Shown piece after piece: positions 57,598 through 64,000 of a DNA stretch of 64,000 nucleotides. The stretch lies in assembly GCA_965223265.1 (NCBI GenBank), contig OZ244999.1, positions 3,168,001 through 3,232,000 on the forward strand. The letters run 5' to 3'. The notes beneath the pieces were generated by a model. That model was not told where the DNA came from, did no database searches, and saw only the letters and a list, made by a program, of their open reading frames with translations. The translations under genes were made by a program, and so were the position numbers. The first letter of the stretch is position 1. Each line of letters starts with the position of its first letter. The stretch is from Planctomycetota bacterium. GTDB lineage: Bacteria; Planctomycetota; UBA8108; SXIK01.

Positions 57598-60500
57598 ATG
57601 CGAAAAGTCGGGATTGCTGTCGGGATCAGCCTGGCGCTCGTCGCCACTGTCGTTTTGTGGTTGGGCTTCTTAGACCCCCAGAGACCTGAACCGCTCGGGA
57701 CGAATGAGCTGCGCCCCGCGGTGTCAGACGAAGACGCTCTGGGCACGGCTCGTGATGCTGGATCGGGCCGCGGCGCGGACGCCACTGAGGCGGAAAGCCA
57801 GCGCGGCATGGGCGACACGAACCGGCTGTTTGGACGTGTCGTCGATGCGTTTGACGCCGCGTTGCCGCAGGCGACGGTGTACGTGCGCCGCGAACCGATT
57901 CGGTTTGACCCAAGTGACGGCTCGTTCGTCGACCGGCTACGAGACCGTCTGCTGAGGCGCGCGCAGGTAACGACGACGGATACAGTTCTAGCGAGTGCGG
58001 AAACCGACTCGAACGGACTCTACTCGATCAACGTCGGTTTGTTTCGCACCGGCGGCTACATCGTGTACGCCCGCCACGACGCGCACGCACCTGAAGCTAA
58101 GCTATGGGAGAAGAGAGCCGACGGCGACGCGGAGTTGAACTTTCGACTCATCGAAGGGCAGAGCATTGCTGGCTACGTCACCGACCGCAGCGGCGTGCCG
58201 ATTGCCGGTGCCGAAGTCGCGGCGCTTGAGCCACGAACTCGCGGCTTTGGGCCCAGGCAGCGCCGATGGGTCGATCGCGCGGTCACGACTTCGAGTGGTT
58301 CGTTTGTGTTGACCGTGCCATCCGGAGTCTTTCATGTGCGTGCCTCAGCTATCGGCTACCGACGTATCGCGGTGGACGACGTGCAGGCCGGCACGGAGGA
58401 TTTGGGGATGACTCTGCCGCCAGCAGGCGGGGTCACGGGGCGTGTCGTGAATACAGCCGGAGAACTACTGAGTGGGGTGGAAGTCGCTCTCGAGGAAAGA
58501 AGCCGAGGGCGGTTCGGCCGGCGTCGTCCGCGGCCGATGAGAGGGGCACCGGCAGCGCGAACTTCGACCGACGAGCAAGGCCGTTTCGCGTTTGATGAGA
58601 TACCCACGCGCTCTTTCTCGTTGTCTTTCGTCAAACCAGGATACGTGACGCGATCTTGGGAGCCGCGGCGCGAAGACGTGCGACGACGCGGCGCGGGTGG
58701 CGACAGTGAGCTTGGTGAGGATATAGACGAGGTGCCCGGTGTATCTGAGACGAACCCTCTCGAAGTCGTTCTGGAGACGGCGGCGCCCCTGAGCGGCGAG
58801 GTGCGTGACGCGTTCGGCGATCCAGTCGTTGGGGCTTTCGTTGCGGTCGCGCGCAGCGGGGGCGATGGCGACGGCCCATGGTCGCGAGGCCGCCGAGGGC
58901 GCGACCGTGGCGAGGGCCGCGGCCGGGCCAACCGTCAGCGCGCCGAGAGTGAGGATGAAGAGGGGGCATCGGCGGAGCGAGGCGTGGAGCCGGTGTCGCT
59001 TTTTCGAGCGCTCACCGCGGTCGAGACGAACGCGAACGGTCGCTATCACTTTGATTCGCTGGCGCCGGGTGTCTATGACCTAAGCGTCGATTCGCCTCGC
59101 CATCCGGTGCGGCGAGTCAGCGATCTCGAGCTGGAGAGTGACGGCGCCGAGGTCGACATCGAACTTCCTCAGGGGATCACACTCGAGGGTTCCATCACTT
59201 CTGTTGAAGGTAACGAGCCAGTCGCCGCGGCCGAGATCTCGCTTCGCGTCAGCCGTCGACTTCAGCGCCGTGCCCGCACCGACGACAGCGGGAGATTCGA
59301 GATTGCAGGACTGGTCGCCGGTTCACTCGACGAGGTGGTCGTGCGTGCGTCGGGATTCAGTACCGCTGCGTTTTCGGATGTCACCATTGCGGACGATCGC
59401 GAGAGTCAGACGCTCGATCTGGTGATGGAACCCGCGGCGACCGTCGCTGGGCGTGTCGTGGACGCGGCAGGCGAGGGAGTTTTCCGTGCCGAAGTGACCA
59501 TGCTACCGGTCGTTGAAACCGATTTCGGCGGCTGGGATGGTGTACGGCAGACGTTCCGACGCTCTCAACGCCATCGTGAAACGACCCGTACTGATTCTCA
59601 GGGAGCATTTCATTTCGCTGAGATTGATTCAGGGCTCGGTTTTCGTCTCCAGGTGACGCACCCGGACTATCAGAGTTACGTATCGGAAGACTTCGACGTG
59701 GCGTCAGGCTCTGAAGCGACGGGGATCGAGCTTGTGTTGGCGCGCGGAGGAGAAGTGGTTTTCTTCGTCACGGATCCTGACTCAACACCTGTTGCGGGTG
59801 CGCGCGTCAGGTTCGAACTGCAACAGCAAGACGAACTCGTCGTCGACAACAGTGTCGAGGAGAGCGGCGGAGCGCGACGATCTCGAGAGCGACCCGGGCG
59901 AGACCGCGGCGAGCGCCGCAGGCGATTTGAGCGTGCGTTTCGAGAGTTTACAGGCGAGGCCGATCCGCTCCCGAGCTTTCGCCGTAGCAGCGGTCCCGAC
60001 GGCACCGTACGCTTCGCGGGACTGGCGGCCGGGGATTACGTTTATTCGATCAGCCACCGGGGGTTTCAATCGATTGCGGGCGTGGCGACGGTAGCAGAGG
60101 AGAGCGAGCAGTCGGTCGTCGCAGTCTTACCGTTCGAGCACCTGATCACAGGTGTGGTGGTGGATGGAAGCGGTCAACCGGTGGGTGGCGCGGAGGTTCG
60201 TGCTCGACCCGTCTCGGTCGACAGCTCTTCTCTGAACATCGCGTTGATTCCAGACCGGCGTCAGCTCGAGGGATCGGCGCGCTCGAAAGAAGATGGCACC
60301 TTTCGCATCGGTCAGCTAGCACCCGGTACGTACGAACTGCGCGTCCGGGCCCGCGGCTTCGTAGAGCTCGTAGTGGGGCAGGTGACCACGGACACGTCGC
60401 TTGAGATCGTCCTCGAGCGCTACGGTTCGGTGAGCGGGCAGGTGTTCAGTGGTGGCTCGGGTCTACCGCTGCAGAGATTTCGCGCCCGCCTCGCGGCTGT

Positions 60501-61425
60501 CGAGCCCGTGGAGCCGGCGGTGGAGACAGAGCGTCCTTCCTCGCGACGGCAACGCCGTACAGCCCGCTGGCTGGATTTTTCCCGCGACGACGGATCGTTC
60601 AGTTTCACCGGCGTCGAACCGGGGACCTACCATTTGGAGATCGCCGCCCCAGACCATGTCGGTGCGACGCTCGCGATCGACGTCCTTGGGAGTGACCGGT
60701 CGTCACCGATTCAGATCTCGCTCAATCCTGGCGTCGCGCTCGCAGGAAACGTTTTTCGGCGTGGCGGGGCTGGCGAGTCTGTCGGCGATGCCAACATCTA
60801 TCTCTTGCGACTCGAAGAGGACGGTGGTGAGGACGCCGAAGCCGCCGCTGACACTTCCGCGCGCCGCCGACAGCAAGGAGGGCGAGAGGAGCGCCGCGGG
60901 CGCCTGAACGCTGAGTCGCGCGAGATCCTTCCGGGGCCAGAGGAAGTGGCGCAGCGCGCGGCGCTCACGCTGCGCTCCCTCGGCGTAGGCGGTGCGAACG
61001 CCGTCACTGCCGACGATGGCACGTTTCGCATTGCCGAGATTTCCGCCGGACGATTCCTGGTCGTCGTCGATCACGAGCATTTTTTGCCGACGCAGAAAGA
61101 GATCCAGATCGCTGACGAACGCGCCATACCGCCGCTGCGATTCGATCTCGATGCGGGCGCCGAGTTGAGTGGGCGTTTGGTGCTCACGGACGACGTGACC
61201 ACCACAGGCGCCACCTGCCTGCTCCGCCACGCCAGTGGCCTGGTGCGGCGAACGTTTCTCGGCAGTGACGGTACTTACCGGTTTCGTGGTCTCCTCCAAG
61301 GCGAGCACCGGCTCTCCGTCGAGTTCGGCGCGGGGGCGCAGCTGATCCAACGCCAGCGGGTGACGATTAACGGTTCTGAGAATCGGTTTGATTATCGGTT
61401 CGACGAATCGGCAGGCGAGCGCTAG
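57598..61425 (+). CDS. Membrane-anchored protein with multiple carboxypeptidase-regulatory-like (prealbumin-fold) repeats
   Basis: N-terminal TM; about 10 repeats of GxVxD..G.PxxGAxV..TD.xG.F..L.PG.Y; Arg-rich inserts. Confidence 0.85.
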   Translation: MRKVGIAVGISLALVATVVLWLGFLDPQRPEPLGTNELRPAVSDEDALGTARDAGSGRGADATEAESQRGMGDTNRLFGRVVDAFDAALPQATVYVRREPIRFDPSDGSFVDRLRDRLLRRAQVTTTDTVLASAETDSNGLYSINVGLFRTGGYIVYARHDAHAPEAKLWEKRADGDAELNFRLIEGQSIAGYVTDRSGVPIAGAEVAALEPRTRGFGPRQRRWVDRAVTTSSGSFVLTVPSGVFHVRASAIGYRRIAVDDVQAGTEDLGMTLPPAGGVTGRVVNTAGELLSGVEVALEERSRGRFGRRRPRPMRGAPAARTSTDEQGRFAFDEIPTRSFSLSFVKPGYVTRSWEPRREDVRRRGAGGDSELGEDIDEVPGVSETNPLEVVLETAAPLSGEVRDAFGDPVVGAFVAVARSGGDGDGPWSRGRRGRDRGEGRGRANRQRAESEDEEGASAERGVEPVSLFRALTAVETNANGRYHFDSLAPGVYDLSVDSPRHPVRRVSDLELESDGAEVDIELPQGITLEGSITSVEGNEPVAAAEISLRVSRRLQRRARTDDSGRFEIAGLVAGSLDEVVVRASGFSTAAFSDVTIADDRESQTLDLVMEPAATVAGRVVDAAGEGVFRAEVTMLPVVETDFGGWDGVRQTFRRSQRHRETTRTDSQGAFHFAEIDSGLGFRLQVTHPDYQSYVSEDFDVASGSEATGIELVLARGGEVVFFVTDPDSTPVAGARVRFELQQQDELVVDNSVEESGGARRSRERPGRDRGERRRRFERAFREFTGEADPLPSFRRSSGPDGTVRFAGLAAGDYVYSISHRGFQSIAGVATVAEESEQSVVAVLPFEHLITGVVVDGSGQPVGGAEVRARPVSVDSSSLNIALIPDRRQLEGSARSKEDGTFRIGQLAPGTYELRVRARGFVELVVGQVTTDTSLEIVLERYGSVSGQVFSGGSGLPLQRFRARLAAVEPVEPAVETERPSSRRQRRTARWLDFSRDDGSFSFTGVEPGTYHLEIAAPDHVGATLAIDVLGSDRSSPIQISLNPGVALAGNVFRRGGAGESVGDANIYLLRLEEDGGEDAEAAADTSARRRQQGGREERRGRLNAESREILPGPEEVAQRAALTLRSLGVGGANAVTADDGTFRIAEISAGRFLVVVDHEHFLPTQKEIQIADERAIPPLRFDLDAGAELSGRLVLTDDVTTTGATCLLRHASGLVRRTFLGSDGTYRFRGLLQGEHRLSVEFGAGAQLIQRQRVTINGSENRFDYRFDESAGER

Positions 61426-61433
61426 TCATTGTG

Positions 61434-61493
61434 GCGGTCGAGCTGGGCCTGAAGAGACCCGCTTCGCGGCCGAATGACTATTTCAACCGCTGG
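61434..61493 (-). repeat. Degenerate half copy of the MITE-like family
   Basis: GCGGTCGAGCTGGGCCTGAAGAGACCCGCTTCGCGGCCGAATGACTATTTCAACCGCTGG|TA resembles the end of the 52704 copy. Confidence 0.65.
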
Positions 61494-61829
61494 TAACCCG
61501 CCTCACTGAGCAGACCCGCGACTGGCCGGGTATTCTTCATCGAAGGAACGTCCAGCTCGACACTGCCTTTCTGGCCTGCGAGTGGCGGCGAGACCGTGGC
61601 GTCAAGAAAGTGCCCGTAAGTGACGACGTGACGTAACCGCGGCGCAGGACGACAGTTCGCCGCTGGCGAGCTGCGACCTGGCCGCAGTGTTCGCTTGTGA
61701 GCGCCTCGCGACGAGGCGTGCCTCGTTTCGCTTCTTGACTGCTTCTCTACGCCCTACTCACTCAGGCCCTCGTTCGTCGACCGAGTGCTGAAATGCCCCA
61801 GCGGCACATCTCCGTAAGGACATCAGACT

Positions 61830-63998
61830 GTGCATCGCGCCGCCTACTGCGCCCTTTCGCCGATCGTGCTCACTCTTTGGCTTGCACCGGTTGCTACCGC
61901 TGGTGACGAACCGTTCGCCAACAGAAACTGGCCACGGCGAGTCTCGTTTTCGCAGTCGCACGAAGAAGTGGATGTCTTCGACTTTGTCGAGGTTTCGGTC
62001 ACTGTTGATCCGAACGAGTCGATCAACCCTTTCACCGAAGCGACTGTGCGCGGTGCTTTTCGCCTGCGAAGCGGCGCCGAAATCGTTCATGTCGACGGTT
62101 TCTGCGATGCCCAGGACGGATCGCTTTTTCGCGTCCGATTCATGCCTCAGCATCCAGGCTCCTTCGGCTACACGGTGACTTATCGCCAGGGCATCTTTTC
62201 CGAGACGTACGTCGGTACCTTTGTCGCCGTCGATCGAGGCCGACGCGGCAGTCTCCGCGTCGATCCTGAGTACCCTTGGAGCTTTGTGTGGCAGGGCAGC
62301 GGTGAGCGGTACTTTTGCAACGGTGCGACGGCGCTGTTCCTGCTCGGGTGGGATGATCGGACGATCCGTGGCGTACTTGATCGCTACCATTCGCGACACG
62401 TCAATCGCGTCCGCGTGCTGCTGTCTGGACGCACGGAGGATCGTCCGTGGGGGCTCCCTGTCGTGGCGACAGATGACTTCCAGCCTTGGCTGAACCCGTG
62501 GGTTGCCGCTCGCCCCGAGAGCCGAGACGACCCGGGCTTTGACTTGACGCGCTTTCGGCTCGGTTTCTGGCGCAAGCTCGAGCGCCTGCTTCGTTACGCG
62601 CGGGAGCGAGACATTGTCGTGTCACTTGTGCTCTTTTTGGGCAATCAAGCCTCTAGTTTGCCGTTTGCGCCTTTGAGTACGGACGAGAAGAGATTCATTC
62701 GCTACGCAATTGCGCGCTGCGCGCCGTTCAGCAACGTGACTTGGGACCTCGGACACGAGCACGACCGGGTACGGACAGCGCACTGGGCAGAGCTCATCGG
62801 GTACGCGATGAAGTCGTGGGATCCGTACGACCGCTTGCTTGGGGCTCACAATCAGGCCTATCGCGGCGGCGATGCGGGATGGCTCGACGTGCAGCTCCTT
62901 CAATACTGGGACGCGCCGCAGAGCGAGTTTCTCGCGCGAGAGCATCGGCTGCAGAGGCGCTCGGGTCGTATCGTGCCGATCATCAATGAACAGTATGGCT
63001 ATGAGGACCTTTGGGAGCGCTGGCCAGGTGAGCGGGACGTGGAGTCGCGTCGCCGCGTCGCGTGGGAGATCTATCTCGCCGGCTGTTTCCAGACGACCGG
63101 GGAGTCGGTTCGACTTGGCACCGGTGTCGGACTGGATCGGGGCGGAGGCTGGTTCAATGGGCGCGGAGACGAAAGCATGGTGCTGCTCGACAGCATGGCA
63201 AATATCACTGAATTCTTTTCAAAGTTTCAGTGGTGGCGCGGCGCTCCGAGGAGCGACCTTGTCGCCGGGGATGCTCACTGCTTCGCCGAGCCGGGGGCGT
63301 TCTACGCGCTCTATTTGCCGCGTGGTGGTCGCGTCGAACTGCGGCTGCACGGAGGGCCGTACGAGGCGAGGTGGTTTCAGCCTCGCTCTGGACTGTGGTC
63401 GAGCATGGACGTTGTCGAGAATTCCAAGTGGACATCACCCGCGCCTCCCGACGCCGGCGACTGGGCGATCCTGCTGACGCGTCGCGGGGAGTACGTCGAC
63501 GACGATCCGCCACAGGTGCTGAGCGTCGTGGTCGATCCGCCTCGGAGTGAGCTTCACGTCTTCTTCTCCGAAGAGATCGAGGCCTCCCGGGCCGAGAGAG
63601 CCGACAGCTATTCTCTGAAGCCGCGTGGCCGCATCACGGCTGTCAAGTTCGAGCCGAAACGTGGCCACCACGTAACGCTCGAATGTACGCCCTTCGACGG
63701 AGTCGATGACATGGAGCTGGAAGTGCTCACGGCTGCCGACAGGTCGACACCGCTGAACGTCACGCCAGAGACGATCGTGTTGCCGTTGACACTGCATGCG
63801 ACGCCTGCGCCTCGGCTGGCGCTGCCGTTAAGACTCGGACGTGGTCAGAGTGCCGAAAACTTTGGGACGAGTCGCCAGAATCACCCCAAGATCAGCTGGG
63901 ACGAGTTGCGCCCGTCGTGGTCTTCCAACACGCCGACGCTCTACGCGGCTCCTCACTCCCTCGACTTTGGAGCTGTCCCGGGACCCTACGCGATCGTT
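61830..63998 (+). CDS. Secreted DUF5060 + DUF4038 (apiosidase-like glycoside hydrolase) + putative collagen-binding domain protein (partial, runs off right edge)
   Basis: Not in ORF track. GTG 61830 after AAGGGA; signal peptide; NPFTEA..VDGFCDAQDG..VRFMP (DUF5060); RYAIAR..NVTWDLGHE; INEQYGYE; RWFQPRSG..DWAILL. Confidence 0.8.
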   Translation, partial: MHRAAYCALSPIVLTLWLAPVATAGDEPFANRNWPRRVSFSQSHEEVDVFDFVEVSVTVDPNESINPFTEATVRGAFRLRSGAEIVHVDGFCDAQDGSLFRVRFMPQHPGSFGYTVTYRQGIFSETYVGTFVAVDRGRRGSLRVDPEYPWSFVWQGSGERYFCNGATALFLLGWDDRTIRGVLDRYHSRHVNRVRVLLSGRTEDRPWGLPVVATDDFQPWLNPWVAARPESRDDPGFDLTRFRLGFWRKLERLLRYARERDIVVSLVLFLGNQASSLPFAPLSTDEKRFIRYAIARCAPFSNVTWDLGHEHDRVRTAHWAELIGYAMKSWDPYDRLLGAHNQAYRGGDAGWLDVQLLQYWDAPQSEFLAREHRLQRRSGRIVPIINEQYGYEDLWERWPGERDVESRRRVAWEIYLAGCFQTTGESVRLGTGVGLDRGGGWFNGRGDESMVLLDSMANITEFFSKFQWWRGAPRSDLVAGDAHCFAEPGAFYALYLPRGGRVELRLHGGPYEARWFQPRSGLWSSMDVVENSKWTSPAPPDAGDWAILLTRRGEYVDDDPPQVLSVVVDPPRSELHVFFSEEIEASRAERADSYSLKPRGRITAVKFEPKRGHHVTLECTPFDGVDDMELEVLTAADRSTPLNVTPETIVLPLTLHATPAPRLALPLRLGRGQSAENFGTSRQNHPKISWDELRPSWSSNTPTLYAAPHSLDFGAVPGPYAIV

Positions 63999-64000
63999 CT

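Overview
GC-rich bacterial chromosomal window, most likely from a Planctomycetota member. This rests on the DUF1549/DUF1553 cytochrome plus DUF1501 pair, Cys-flanked dockerin-like domains and a GTAG-type REP. It holds about 29 CDS and one tRNA-Asn(GTT), with no CRISPR array, integrase or transposase. Most content is core or secretome genes. The standout is a membrane-anchored ClpA/B-type double-AAA+ ATPase fused to an RF2-like release-factor module from which the GGQ domain is deleted (39306-42908), a candidate ribosome/nascent-chain quality-control machine. Other points of interest: a secreted FG-GAP/dockerin protein with a glucan-water-dikinase-like His + ATP-grasp module; a degenerate MamK-like actin outside any magnetosome cluster; five dockerin-tagged secreted proteins, three of them phosphotransferase-like; and a TA-flanked hairpin MITE-like family with seven copies or fragments. 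All family calls come from motif recognition by eye; no database search was run.
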